This document shows, piece by piece, positions 28,285 to 38,133 of a DNA stretch of 64,000 nt. Both the position numbers and the translations under genes were made by a program. Under the pieces are notes generated by a model, which was not told the origin of the DNA, searched no databases, and saw only the letters and a program-made list of their open reading frames with translations. Position 1 is the stretch's first letter; the number at the start of each line of letters is the position of its first letter. This stretch comes from Bacteroidota bacterium (lineage in GTDB: Bacteria; Bacteroidota; Bacteroidia; NS11-12g; UBA955), in NCBI GenBank assembly GCA_046301955.1, contig JBKCJE010000012.1, forward strand, positions 590-64,589, in the 5' to 3' direction.

Positions 28285-29193
28285 TTAATTCCGCGATTCT
28301 GTGAGGTAATACACCCCCATCGTCACGAAATTTCGCAAAAAAGGAATGGCCCCAACAACACCCAATTGCGTTCTGGGTTTAATGCCAAATTTGTATTCGT
28401 AAATGGGATTGAATAAGTAAAATTTCTTTCCGGCGATGCTAAAATCCGACTTGCTACAAATCCGCAAAAACCGCTCGATGCTGATACCCGTACTCCGAAT
28501 TTCTTCCATGGTTTTAATACCATTGGATTGAACACCCAAAGCCTTTAGCGCAGCCGGATAAAGTCCGCCAGGTAACAAGTGATAGTAGGGCATTTTTGAA
28601 GCCCACTTTTGAGGCAATACCTGCTGATGTCCGCCATATGGCATTTGCCATGGTGGAAAAGCAAAAAATACCCGTCCCCCCGGCTTTAAAAAACGATGCA
28701 ATTGGGGCATGAATCTCGCCTGATCGGGTATGTGTTCTATCACATCCTTCAAAATGATAAGATCAAACCGCGTTCCCAAATCCGATTCGGGAACAACATC
28801 GTAAATGTCTTTGTTCAAGAATTGTACTTTCCCTTCTGCCAATTCTGCTTGCATGAATTCGCGCGCAAATTCCAATCTGCTTTCTTCTAGCTCAATACCC
28901 GTGCACTGAAAACCCAAATCGGTAAAGGCTTTCAACACCCCCGCTTCACCACATCCAATTTCTAAGACCCGCATGTCTGCGGGAAATGACCAATTTGATT
29001 GCAAAAAGGGAATAATATGTCCCACCGTAACCTTATGGGTCATGTCAAAATACCTTCGTTTATCGCCGTGAAACTCGTACATCGCTGTGAAAATTGGTTT
29101 AAACTTCAAATATGCAGCAACTTTTCGGAATTCAACGGAAAATTCTCCCCTTTCATGGCCTTTGTATCCACGCCAAACATACTTTATGACCAA
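28285..29193 (-). CDS. Class I SAM-dependent methyltransferase
   Basis: Motif I VLEIGCGEAGVL; acidic residue after beta2 (GIELEE); Rossmann-fold spacing. Confidence 0.65.
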   Translation of the reverse strand: MVIKYVWRGYKGHERGEFSVEFRKVAAYLKFKPIFTAMYEFHGDKRRYFDMTHKVTVGHIIPFLQSNWSFPADMRVLEIGCGEAGVLKAFTDLGFQCTGIELEESRLEFAREFMQAELAEGKVQFLNKDIYDVVPESDLGTRFDLIILKDVIEHIPDQARFMPQLHRFLKPGGRVFFAFPPWQMPYGGHQQVLPQKWASKMPYYHLLPGGLYPAALKALGVQSNGIKTMEEIRSTGISIERFLRICSKSDFSIAGKKFYLFNPIYEYKFGIKPRTQLGVVGAIPFLRNFVTMGVYYLTESRN

Positions 29194-29208
29194 GAAATGT
29201 ATATTTGA

Positions 29209-29994
29209 ATGATGCAGAAATTGACCTTTTTACTGCTAGCTGGAGCCACATTGTCCTTCCAAGCCTGTGGCACACTATCTTCATTGCCTGTAGGTGATTT
29301 AAACCTTCCCACCGCCCATTTACCAGGTGTGCCGCTACCCAAGAAACTCAGCCAAGACGAGGCGGCTTCTGGACTGAAAGAAGCACTCATCACGGGGGTG
29401 GGAGTGGGTACAGACCAACTCCAAAAAGTAGGTGGCTTCTCACAAAATTCGGTATACAAAATCCTACTTCCACCAGAAATTCAATCGTTGGAAAGCAAAA
29501 TACGCAGCAACGCATTACTCAATGCCGCCATCGGAAAAGAACTCGATAAAACCATCGCTGCCATGAACCAAGGTGCTGAAATGGCCGCCGCAAAAGCTTA
29601 TCCTATATTCAAAAATGCCGTTCAGAATATGTCGTTCGGTGACGCAATTCGCATTCTAACAGGGGGCAATGGGGCAGCCACTCAATACCTCAAAACCAAT
29701 ACCACCAATGAATTAACCGCTGCCTTCCAGCCTGAAATCAAATCGGCATTAGAAACAGTGGCCATTTATCAATATTGGACACCCATTGTCAATGCCATAA
29801 ATAAAAACAAAAAATCGCTCGGACTTACCCAAGACGTTCAACCAAATCTAGAGAACTATGTAACCGAAAAAGCATTGTTCGCAATGTTCTCTGAAATCGA
29901 AATTCAGGAAAATGCCATCCGAAAAGACCCTATCCAACGCAGCTCAGAATTGCTAAAAAAGGTGTTCGACTACGCCGATAAAAATCAAAATTAA
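29209..29994 (+). CDS. DUF4197-like lipoprotein
   Basis: Lipobox FQAC. LSQDEAASGLKEALITGV followed by KVGGFSQNSVYKILLPPE resembles the DUF4197 signature. Confidence 0.45.
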   Translation: MMQKLTFLLLAGATLSFQACGTLSSLPVGDLNLPTAHLPGVPLPKKLSQDEAASGLKEALITGVGVGTDQLQKVGGFSQNSVYKILLPPEIQSLESKIRSNALLNAAIGKELDKTIAAMNQGAEMAAAKAYPIFKNAVQNMSFGDAIRILTGGNGAATQYLKTNTTNELTAAFQPEIKSALETVAIYQYWTPIVNAINKNKKSLGLTQDVQPNLENYVTEKALFAMFSEIEIQENAIRKDPIQRSSELLKKVFDYADKNQN

Positions 29995-30017
29995 CCCAAA
30001 ATCCTTCACCCCATCAT

Positions 30018-32675
30018 TTGAAACGCTGCTGCATCATTGGACTCTTTCTGTTCCTTGGCATCTTGCCAAAATTGGTGCGTGCACAGTCAAATGGATTAAA
30101 TAAATACGTAAACATCCAATATCACGGTAGCCAATTTACCGCTGTGTTGGATTTATTCACCCAACAAACAGGTTTCAATTTTGCCTACAATAACCAATTG
30201 TTGCCCCTCTCAAAACTACATGATATCCATTATCAAAATTTACGGGCCGACAAAGCCCTGCGTGATTTTTTACAACAAAATGGGTTGGATTTTCAGGTCT
30301 CTAATACCACCATTGTCTTAAAAAAGTGGTCGCCCAGTAAACCCCTGAAACACTATTTTCTCACCGGCCGCGTATTACAAGCACCCACCGGCGAGCGCTT
30401 GGTGAAAGCCGTAGTTCAGATTCCCCAACGCAATCAGTATACCTATACCGATGAATTTGGCATGTTTAAAATCGCATTGCCACAAAACCCTGATGGAAAT
30501 ATAGATACACTCTTACTGTCTGTTTATTATCCAGGCTACGAACCGTATTTAGACACACTTTTCGGACAGAGGGATTACTTCATTACCGCCAAATTACAAC
30601 CCCATTTCGAGCGCATTGAAGCCACATTGGTACAAGCGAGCAAAACCCAAAGTCGATTGTCCGTTATTCATGGCCAGTCAGATCAGGTTTGTTTGTCTTC
30701 AGCGAAGTTGCAACAAATCCCAGCATTGCTAGGTGAGGGGGATGTCATGCGAGCTCTCAGCATGAATCCAGGTGTCGTAAGCGGTTCTGAAGGAATGTTG
30801 GGCATGTATGTGCGGGGCGGGGCGGCAGACCAAAATTTGGTTCTCATTGACGATGTGCCCGTATTCAATGCATACCACTTGTATGGCGTTTTTGGTATTT
30901 TCAACGGCGATATTGTAAAGAGTGCCCAAATGAATCGCGGTACGTTTTCACCGGAGCATGGCGGACGTTTGAGCAGTGTAATATCCGTTCAATCCGTGGA
31001 TGGAAACGAAAATCAATGGGCGGGGAATATCACCATGGGCGCACTTACGAGCAAAGCCTTTCTCCAAGGTCCAATTTGGAAAAAAAGAACCACCATCGCT
31101 TTGGCCTTCAGAAGGTCCAACTTCGACCTCCTCACACAATCCATTGCCAATGCAGTATTCAAGGACAGCAACAACATCAATCGATACAATTTTTGGGACG
31201 TAAACGCCAAAATAAACCACCGATTTAGCGAAAAAAGCAACCTCTCACTGACTTTATACACCGGAAGAGATCGGGCATTTTTCATCGACAAAGACTACGG
31301 AGAAGCCAATGAAATTAGCATCTATCAAAAAAGAGAACAGGGCAACCTATGGGGCAATCAACTTGGTAGTTTGAAGTGGCAATACTTTTTCAACCGACGC
31401 ATTCGTTTCACCGCCAAAGCCCATTACACCGATTACTCATTCACGCAGCATAACGATTTTCATTATCGTGTTCGCAATGAATTAGACCCAAACAAGAATA
31501 AGGACAACTACACCGATTATAACCTCAAAAACGGATTGCGCGATATTTCGGCCGACGGCAAGTTCGATATCCAATGGAGCAAATACCTCGCCCTAAAACT
31601 CGGCGGTGGATATATTCAACACACATTTACACCGGGCGATAGAACATTGGTAACCCAATTTGATTCCGTTTTCCGGACTTACCAATACAACGATAGAAAA
31701 GTTATTACACCTGAGATTTTCACCTATGCCAATATAGAATTTCATCACCCAAAATGGGGATTTTTGGATGTCGGTAGCAGGGTGTCTTACTTCGGCTTGG
31801 AGGACAACCAGTTTTATATCCGCCCGGAGCCCCGTTTCAACTATCGCTATCGCATTACGCCTCAATTGTGGTTAAAAGCAGCGGCTTCACAGAATGTTCA
31901 ATTCTTCCATCAATTGAATAACCTAACCATGGGTTTACCCTCGGATTTATGGGTGCCATCCAATGCCCAATATGCCCCAGCGCAAGCCAAACAACTGTCT
32001 TTCGGAACAACACTGACCAAACCCAAATTCCAATATAGTGTGGAGTACTTCCAAAAAAGGTTCACCAATCTACTGGAATACCGTGATAATGCAGCCTACA
32101 TTACCAGCGCACAGAACTGGGAAAAAACCGTCGCCCAAGGAATCGGTGAAGCCGAAGGATTGGAGTGTTTAATTGAAAAAAGAACGGGGAAATTAACCGG
32201 TTGGGCGAGCTATTCACTCATCTACAACAACCGCCAATTCAATGAACTGAACCAAGGCAATGTATTCCCATCTCGATACGACCGCAGACACAATTTTTAT
32301 TTGGTTGGTATCTATCGACTTTCCTCACAAGTCATGATTAGTGGTAGTTGGACGTACAATTCTGGTTTTGCTTACACGCTACCTGTTGGTGTTTATCAAT
32401 CACCTACACCCCAAGATCCCTATGCTGAGGTGTTTATTTATGGCGATCGCAACAATGCCAGAACCCGCGACAACCATCGCCTCGATCTTTCTGCGCAATA
32501 CAACGTGAAACACAAAAAATTTTCGGAGACTTGGTCGCTTGGAATCTATAATGTATACAACCGCCAAAACCCCTTTTTCATCACTTTTGCATACGACAAT
32601 CAAGGACAAAGACGTTTGACGCAATTGTCGTTGCTTCCCATCTTACCGCACATCAATTACCAAGTTTCCTTTTGA
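30018..32675 (+). CDS. TonB-dependent receptor with carboxypeptidase-regulatory-like domain, paralog of 5642-8029. TTG start inferred.
   Basis: Signal peptide (LVRAQ), plug LLGEGDVMRALSMNPGVVSGSEGMLGMYVRGGAADQNLVLIDDVPVFN, C-terminal YNVYNRQNPF...F. Clearly homologous to the first receptor (GGRLSS, DQNLVL.D..PVFN, YNVYNR.NPF). Confidence 0.8.
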   Translation: MKRCCIIGLFLFLGILPKLVRAQSNGLNKYVNIQYHGSQFTAVLDLFTQQTGFNFAYNNQLLPLSKLHDIHYQNLRADKALRDFLQQNGLDFQVSNTTIVLKKWSPSKPLKHYFLTGRVLQAPTGERLVKAVVQIPQRNQYTYTDEFGMFKIALPQNPDGNIDTLLLSVYYPGYEPYLDTLFGQRDYFITAKLQPHFERIEATLVQASKTQSRLSVIHGQSDQVCLSSAKLQQIPALLGEGDVMRALSMNPGVVSGSEGMLGMYVRGGAADQNLVLIDDVPVFNAYHLYGVFGIFNGDIVKSAQMNRGTFSPEHGGRLSSVISVQSVDGNENQWAGNITMGALTSKAFLQGPIWKKRTTIALAFRRSNFDLLTQSIANAVFKDSNNINRYNFWDVNAKINHRFSEKSNLSLTLYTGRDRAFFIDKDYGEANEISIYQKREQGNLWGNQLGSLKWQYFFNRRIRFTAKAHYTDYSFTQHNDFHYRVRNELDPNKNKDNYTDYNLKNGLRDISADGKFDIQWSKYLALKLGGGYIQHTFTPGDRTLVTQFDSVFRTYQYNDRKVITPEIFTYANIEFHHPKWGFLDVGSRVSYFGLEDNQFYIRPEPRFNYRYRITPQLWLKAAASQNVQFFHQLNNLTMGLPSDLWVPSNAQYAPAQAKQLSFGTTLTKPKFQYSVEYFQKRFTNLLEYRDNAAYITSAQNWEKTVAQGIGEAEGLECLIEKRTGKLTGWASYSLIYNNRQFNELNQGNVFPSRYDRRHNFYLVGIYRLSSQVMISGSWTYNSGFAYTLPVGVYQSPTPQDPYAEVFIYGDRNNARTRDNHRLDLSAQYNVKHKKFSETWSLGIYNVYNRQNPFFITFAYDNQGQRRLTQLSLLPILPHINYQVSF

Positions 32676-33628
32676 CACGCCCATCGACATATCGCAAAGC
32701 ATTTAGCCAATCTAGATACCGATTTGCCACAGAGCGATTTGGGCTTTTTGTTGTCATGGCGATGCTGGCTTCGTGCAGTCAAGATATTGTAGTTCCCCAA
32801 CCCGATATCATGGCAGAAGGACCTGTTGTTGAATGTATTATCGAAGCCGATAGTCAACATTTGGTTAGATATTCTAGAGTGGTACCCATCTCTGAACCAT
32901 TCAATCTGCCGAGTCAAGCCCATGTTACATTAGAAATTTCCGGAGCCAAAAGCAAACTAGCTAGAAACATTTCTCCTGGGAATTTCATGATCGATGATTT
33001 CTTTGTTAAGGCTAGAGATAGCTTTCATTTTCAGTTGTTCTCTCCGGACGACACAGTGAAAATCAGCGATGTGATGCCATCGAACATTGTGCTCACCAAA
33101 ACTGATACGCTGACGCAAGCCATCGCTGGCATCGGACTCACACAAGTATTTTCAATTCAATTTCGCGACAGTGCCATCGATGAAAACTACTATCGATTAT
33201 CCGCGGCCCGCCAAACGAAAAAATATGTTTTGGGTTCGAGCGGACAAAAACTCGACAGTGCTATAGAATGGCAAACCATGAAAATTGATGGGAATGAAAC
33301 CCCTTTTGTTCGAAACAATTTTAACAACTACACGGAGCAAGAAATTCTATTTTCCGATGAAATTTTCAACGGTGTTCTCTCAACCTTTCGATTTCATAAT
33401 TTGTTGCCATTTCAGAATACAACTTCTGAAAAAACGATGTCAGTTTTGGTCACGTTAGAAAATATATCCTTTGCCACCTACCAATATTACAACTCACGGG
33501 CAGAACACTTGTGGAGTCAAAAATCCATCACCCAATTACCTGGTCCCGTTCAAACCAACATCCCCAAAGGATATGGTGTGTTGGGCGCATCCACCAGTGT
33601 AAAGTGGTTGATTGTTTACCCTGATTAA
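32672..33628 (+). CDS. DUF4249-like lipoprotein, partner of the second TonB-dependent receptor. Alternative start at 32756 (MAMLASC).
   Basis: Lipobox MLASC, then QDIVVPQPDIMAEGPVVECIIEAD, matching the N-terminal pattern of the first DUF4249-like protein. Its start overlaps the receptor stop. Confidence 0.45.
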   Translation: MTRPSTYRKAFSQSRYRFATERFGLFVVMAMLASCSQDIVVPQPDIMAEGPVVECIIEADSQHLVRYSRVVPISEPFNLPSQAHVTLEISGAKSKLARNISPGNFMIDDFFVKARDSFHFQLFSPDDTVKISDVMPSNIVLTKTDTLTQAIAGIGLTQVFSIQFRDSAIDENYYRLSAARQTKKYVLGSSGQKLDSAIEWQTMKIDGNETPFVRNNFNNYTEQEILFSDEIFNGVLSTFRFHNLLPFQNTTSEKTMSVLVTLENISFATYQYYNSRAEHLWSQKSITQLPGPVQTNIPKGYGVLGASTSVKWLIVYPD

Positions 33629-34254
33629 TCCAGAGAGAAATGGGCTGTGATGACCGTTGGGGGGCGCAACATCAAAGCGTTACTTGAGCCCAGTTTGATA
33701 ATTCCTTGGCTTTCCAAACTCAACGACATCACTTGATTAATATGATATTCTATACCAAAATGCATCTGACCAATTAGGTTTACTTCAACAACTGGATCGA
33801 AGAAAAAATCATTCCTCTCTGGGTCTTGAAATATTTCTATCCCCCCGCCAGTACCATAAAAATAAGTCCAATGTTGATTGATTTTTTTGCGCCGTTCTTT
33901 ATCTACCCTTAATCCCAACCACTGAATTTCTTCCAACTCAGATAGATTGGCTCCAAATGACAATCTCAACCCTCGATTACTTCTATATCTACGATAGGTA
34001 ATGCCATACATATTTTGCTGTATAGGGATGGCGTTGAAAGGCAAAATTTGCTGCAACAAGTATGAGGTGTTGAAACCCATATATTGCTGCCTTGCTCGCG
34101 CCGCCGGAATCGGGGGCGCCTTTGTTGTTCCTACAGCCTGTCTCGGCACCACAGCAATGGTTTTCACACTTCCTGATGAATCAGTTCCCGTATTGGTATA
34201 TTGGCCCATCAAGTTTGAACCACACAATAGCAGAAGAAAAAGAAAGGCCCTCAT
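33625..34254 (-). CDS. Hypothetical secreted/outer-membrane protein
   Basis: 209 aa; signal peptide LLLCGSNLMGQ; alternating hydrophobic pattern. Last gene of the gldE-like operon. Confidence 0.35.
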   Translation of the reverse strand: MRAFLFLLLLCGSNLMGQYTNTGTDSSGSVKTIAVVPRQAVGTTKAPPIPAARARQQYMGFNTSYLLQQILPFNAIPIQQNMYGITYRRYRSNRGLRLSFGANLSELEEIQWLGLRVDKERRKKINQHWTYFYGTGGGIEIFQDPERNDFFFDPVVEVNLIGQMHFGIEYHINQVMSLSLESQGIIKLGSSNALMLRPPTVITAHFSLD

Positions 34255-34257
34255 TAC

Positions 34258-34956
34258 TTAAAATTGAACCGTTAAAAACAATGCTATCGGCACCATGGGT
34301 ATCACCGAAAATGTGGTTTTACTTTCCAATGTGGTATTGTTGCCATTAACCAAAAAAGATCGTTCCGTCTGCAACATCTGTGTATATAAAATTGACTCCG
34401 TATATAGGATTATTCGGTCGTGCAACTTTACACCAATACCACCCATGCCGCCCAAACTGCCACCATATTCGTTGGCCTTGGTGATAATCTCTGTTTGGCT
34501 CCATCCATCAAACTGCACAGATTTTGACTGGCTTGTGCGATATATTCCCCTGCCATCCACTCCCGCAAATACATAGAAACCCGAACCCAGCGTTCTTCGC
34601 CATTCCCTACCAATCACCAATGAAGCCCAATTCTCTTCACTTGTTCTCACAACCTCACCACCAAAGCCACCATTCATATCCTCTGTTCTCCGTCGGAATC
34701 CATTGATACCCGCACGCCATGCACTCATGCCCGTTGCATCAAATTTTCTCACCATCAGCAGATAAGGATCGTCATTCAAGTTGCGACTCACATTTCCAGT
34801 AAATCGAGATAAGGCTAAAGTAATATTGCTTGTGACCTCCCATTTTGGCATATATGGCAAAGGGTCTGCCAACGTGTGAATCGTTGTATCTTGGGCCTTC
34901 AATCCAGCAACAGCCGAGATGGTGAACAACATCATGAATGTGATTCTTTGTTTCAT
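34258..34956 (-). CDS. Hypothetical outer-membrane beta-barrel protein
   Basis: 232 aa; signal peptide ending LKAQ; Gly/aromatic-rich beta-strands; ends with aromatic F. Separated from the upstream gene by 1 nt. Confidence 0.4.
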   Translation of the reverse strand: MKQRITFMMLFTISAVAGLKAQDTTIHTLADPLPYMPKWEVTSNITLALSRFTGNVSRNLNDDPYLLMVRKFDATGMSAWRAGINGFRRRTEDMNGGFGGEVVRTSEENWASLVIGREWRRTLGSGFYVFAGVDGRGIYRTSQSKSVQFDGWSQTEIITKANEYGGSLGGMGGIGVKLHDRIILYTESILYTQMLQTERSFLVNGNNTTLESKTTFSVIPMVPIALFLTVQF

Positions 34957-34957
34957 C

Positions 34958-36307
34958 TTAATCTTCGTTAGGTAATACTCTCAATTCAACTTCTTCTATT
35001 CGAGCTCCTTTCAAGGTTTTAATCAAAAATTCAAAGGGCTCGTGATGAATGACCTCACCTACAGCCGGAATACGCTCCGAACAGAAGATGATATATCCAC
35101 CCAAGGTATTGTATTCTCCCTCGGGGATATCCAAATTGTGTTTTTCATTCAAATAATCAACTTCCAAACGGGCACTGAACAAGAAATGATTGTCCCCAAG
35201 CGTTGTTTCCACCTTGTCTTCAACATCAAATTCATCTTCAATTTCACCCACAATCTCCTCCAAAATATCTTCCACACTCACCATGCCCGCCGTACCGCCA
35301 AATTCATCCACCACAATTGCCAAACTCCTTTTCTCCTGGATAAAACTCCGCAGCATGTCGTGGGCTTGCAAACTCTCGTTCACAATCAATACAGAACGCA
35401 ATACATCCTGAATTTTCTTTGGACTGTGAAACAAATCACTATGATGCACAAAACCAATTACATGGTCTATGTTCTCTTTGTAAATAAGAATTTTCGAGTG
35501 GGCTGTTTCTACAAATTTCTCCCTCAACTCAGCCACAGAGGCATTGATTTCCACACCCACCATTTGGGTTCTGTGAACCATAAAATCACGGACTTTCACA
35601 TCACTAAAATCCAATGCATTTCTAAAAACCTCAGTGTCTATTTCAACGGCCTCCACATTTCCTGCATTCTCCAAAGATGCGATGTAATTGTCTAAATCTA
35701 CTTTGGAAAACACGGGCGTATGTTCTGAAATTCGGGTTTTGGTAAACACGCGCAACAAGAATGATGAGATCCCTTTAACTACTTGAATCAATGGCCACAT
35801 CAACACATGAGCAACCCGAAAAATTCCAATTAGCCCGAAAATCAGGCGATCGGCATACATTTTAAAAAATGTCTTTGGCAAATACTCAGCAACAACCAAC
35901 ACCACCATCGTACTGCTCAAAGTTATCGCCATAAATTTCACCCACTCTCGCTGCATCCAACCGATACCAGAAAACGAGTCATCCAGTATCTCTCCCATGT
36001 ATATACCGTAAATAACTAGGCCCAAGTTATTGCCCACCAATACGGTACTGATAAAATCACTGGGATTCTTCACATATTTCGACAACCATTTACCACCCCC
36101 CAAATTTTCTTTACTCCGCAATTCGATGCGCAACCTAGAGGCCGATAAAAAAGCAATCTCCATCCCTGAGAAAAAGGCAATCACCACCATGCACAAAACC
36201 ACAATCAACCAAGCATTTGGACTAACGGTTAACAACATCAATACCGAGGGAGGTTCTATCATACTATCACAAAGATACCTCCGAAAATATGGCAAAAAAC
36301 GCAACAA
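34958..36307 (-). CDS. gldE: CNNM(DUF21)-CBS-CorC/HlyC family protein, GldE-like (gliding-motility-associated / hemolysin-type)
   Basis: N-terminal 4-TM DUF21 region, tandem CBS pair, C-terminal CorC_HlyC transporter-associated domain. About 440 aa, as for Bacteroidota GldE. Confidence 0.65.
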   Translation of the reverse strand: MLRFLPYFRRYLCDSMIEPPSVLMLLTVSPNAWLIVVLCMVVIAFFSGMEIAFLSASRLRIELRSKENLGGGKWLSKYVKNPSDFISTVLVGNNLGLVIYGIYMGEILDDSFSGIGWMQREWVKFMAITLSSTMVVLVVAEYLPKTFFKMYADRLIFGLIGIFRVAHVLMWPLIQVVKGISSFLLRVFTKTRISEHTPVFSKVDLDNYIASLENAGNVEAVEIDTEVFRNALDFSDVKVRDFMVHRTQMVGVEINASVAELREKFVETAHSKILIYKENIDHVIGFVHHSDLFHSPKKIQDVLRSVLIVNESLQAHDMLRSFIQEKRSLAIVVDEFGGTAGMVSVEDILEEIVGEIEDEFDVEDKVETTLGDNHFLFSARLEVDYLNEKHNLDIPEGEYNTLGGYIIFCSERIPAVGEVIHHEPFEFLIKTLKGARIEEVELRVLPNED

Positions 36308-36330
36308 GCAAATTTCGTGTTGCGAGCAGC

Positions 36331-36338
36331 GCGTATCT
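36331..36338 (+). promoter_or_regulatory. TATCTTTG -7-like box upstream of purK
   Basis: TAnnTTTG match 7 nt before the purK ATG (36346). Confidence 0.3.
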
Positions 36339-36345
36339 TTGCACC

Positions 36346-37485
36346 ATGATACGTGTTGGTATTATCGGAGGCGGCCAATTGGGCATGATGACCATAGAAG
36401 CAAAATTCCCCAGTTTGCCGGTGGAATTTGTCGTTTTAGAGCAATCTGCAGACTGTCCTGCAGCCCCCATTTCCAACCAATTCATCGCCGGTAGTTTAAA
36501 AAGCGAAGCGGATATCCGCACACTTGCTGAAGCGTCTGACGTTCTCACCTGGGAAATCGAACACATTAACGTCGATGCACTTGTCAAGCTAGAAAAAGAA
36601 GGCAAAACCATCATCCCAAAACCATCTGTTTTACAGACCATACAGGATAAAGGCATCCAAAAGCAGTTTTTTCAACAACACAACATACCCACCGCCCATT
36701 TTGCTTTGTGCGATGCGCAATCAATTACCGAGGCGCTGCTCAGTCAGTTTCCAGGCGAACAGATTGTCATTAAAACACGCACAGGGGGTTATGACGGCAA
36801 GGGTGTGGCCATTTTAAACAAATCCGAGGCCCTACAATCAATGCCTTTCTCCGGCAACATATTGATTGAATCCTTTGTTCCCAACGCCTTAGAAATTGCC
36901 GTTATCGTTGCCATCGCACAAGATGGTTCGCACGCCGTTTATCCCGCCATTGAAATGTACTTCAACCCCAAAAGTAATTTGGTTGAATTCCTATTTTCAC
37001 CTGCGCGGATTTCTACAGAGTTGGAGAAAAAAATTCAAGCAATTGGACTTCAGTGTGTGCAAAAACTCAATTCGCCAGGACTGTTTGCTGTTGAACTCTT
37101 CCTCACTGAAAATCAAGAAATTTGGGTCAATGAAATCGCACCGCGCCCACACAACAGCGGCCATCACACCATAGAAGGTTGTCATTGCAGTCAGTTTGAA
37201 CAGTTTCTGCGTATCCTTAGCGGAGCCCCACTTGGCGATCCCTACCTAGTTCAACCCGCAGCCATGATCAACATCGTAGGACCTACCCATCTATCAGGCG
37301 ATTACCAATTGGCCAACGAAGATAGCCTGACCCAAAATGGCGATGTTTTCATCCACATGTACAGAAAAGCGGAAACACGGCCAAACAGAAAGCTTGGACA
37401 TGCAACGGTCATCGCACCCAATCTCGAAGCACTCCTGGAGAGAGCCGAATCGGTAAAAAATCAACTAGAAGTTATAGCAAAATAA
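36346..37485 (+). CDS. purK: N5-carboxyaminoimidazole ribonucleotide synthase
   Basis: MIRVGIIGGGQLGMM N-terminus; ATP-grasp core; EIAPRPHNSGH motif. Confidence 0.85.
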   Translation: MIRVGIIGGGQLGMMTIEAKFPSLPVEFVVLEQSADCPAAPISNQFIAGSLKSEADIRTLAEASDVLTWEIEHINVDALVKLEKEGKTIIPKPSVLQTIQDKGIQKQFFQQHNIPTAHFALCDAQSITEALLSQFPGEQIVIKTRTGGYDGKGVAILNKSEALQSMPFSGNILIESFVPNALEIAVIVAIAQDGSHAVYPAIEMYFNPKSNLVEFLFSPARISTELEKKIQAIGLQCVQKLNSPGLFAVELFLTENQEIWVNEIAPRPHNSGHHTIEGCHCSQFEQFLRILSGAPLGDPYLVQPAAMINIVGPTHLSGDYQLANEDSLTQNGDVFIHMYRKAETRPNRKLGHATVIAPNLEALLERAESVKNQLEVIAK

Positions 37486-37522
37486 GCGGACTACTACAAC
37501 CTGCTGAGGCCAGTTCAACCTG

Positions 37523-38083
37523 TTAAACGGTCAAAATTTCTTTTTCCTTGCCCTCGAACAAGTCGTCGGTCTTCTTGATGTATCCATCAATTAACTTCTG
37601 AACGCGCTCTTCACCCACCTTGGCATCATCCTCACTCAATCCATCCTTTTGCAACTTTTTAATGCGCTCATTGGCGTCTTTGCGGTAATTACGAATCCCA
37701 ATCTTTGAATTCTCAGCCTCTGATTTCGCACGCTTCACCAACTCTTTTCTGCGCTCCTCTGTAACTGGCGGAATACTGATACGAATCATCTCTCCATCGT
37801 TCTGTGGTGCAAAACCCAAGTTAGAATTGATGATGGCTGTTTCAATCGGACGAATCAATCCCTTATCCCAGGGTTGAATCGCCAAGGTACGCGAATCTGG
37901 CGTGTTCACGTTGGCTACCTGAGACAACGGTGTCAATGCACCATAGTATTCTACCATCACGCTTTCCAACATGGCAGGACTCGCTTTACCCGCACGAATG
38001 CGCGAAAATTCCGTGGCCGTATGCTGTAGGTTTTTCTCAAGTTGCTCTTGCAACTGCTCTATCACATCGTTCAAAGTGCTCAT
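37523..38083 (-). CDS. frr: Ribosome recycling factor
   Basis: 186 aa; canonical RRF sequence (RIRAGKASPAMLESVMVEYYG ... RNYRKDANERIKKLQKDGLSEDD). Confidence 0.9.
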   Translation of the reverse strand: MSTLNDVIEQLQEQLEKNLQHTATEFSRIRAGKASPAMLESVMVEYYGALTPLSQVANVNTPDSRTLAIQPWDKGLIRPIETAIINSNLGFAPQNDGEMIRISIPPVTEERRKELVKRAKSEAENSKIGIRNYRKDANERIKKLQKDGLSEDDAKVGEERVQKLIDGYIKKTDDLFEGKEKEILTV

Positions 38084-38133
38084 ATCAGTTTATTCAGCGA
38101 ATTTACAATTTATTCTATGCGATTTCCAATAGT

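Noticed and set aside
32400-32624. 74-aa minus-strand ORF and similar short ORFs inside the second TonB-dependent receptor gene.
   Set aside because: Embedded in a confidently called receptor CDS; no independent support.
36030-36494. 154-aa plus-strand ORF spanning the gldE-like start and purK start.
   Set aside because: It overlaps two well-supported genes in different frames or strands. The purK start at 36346 with its TATCTTTG box explains the region.
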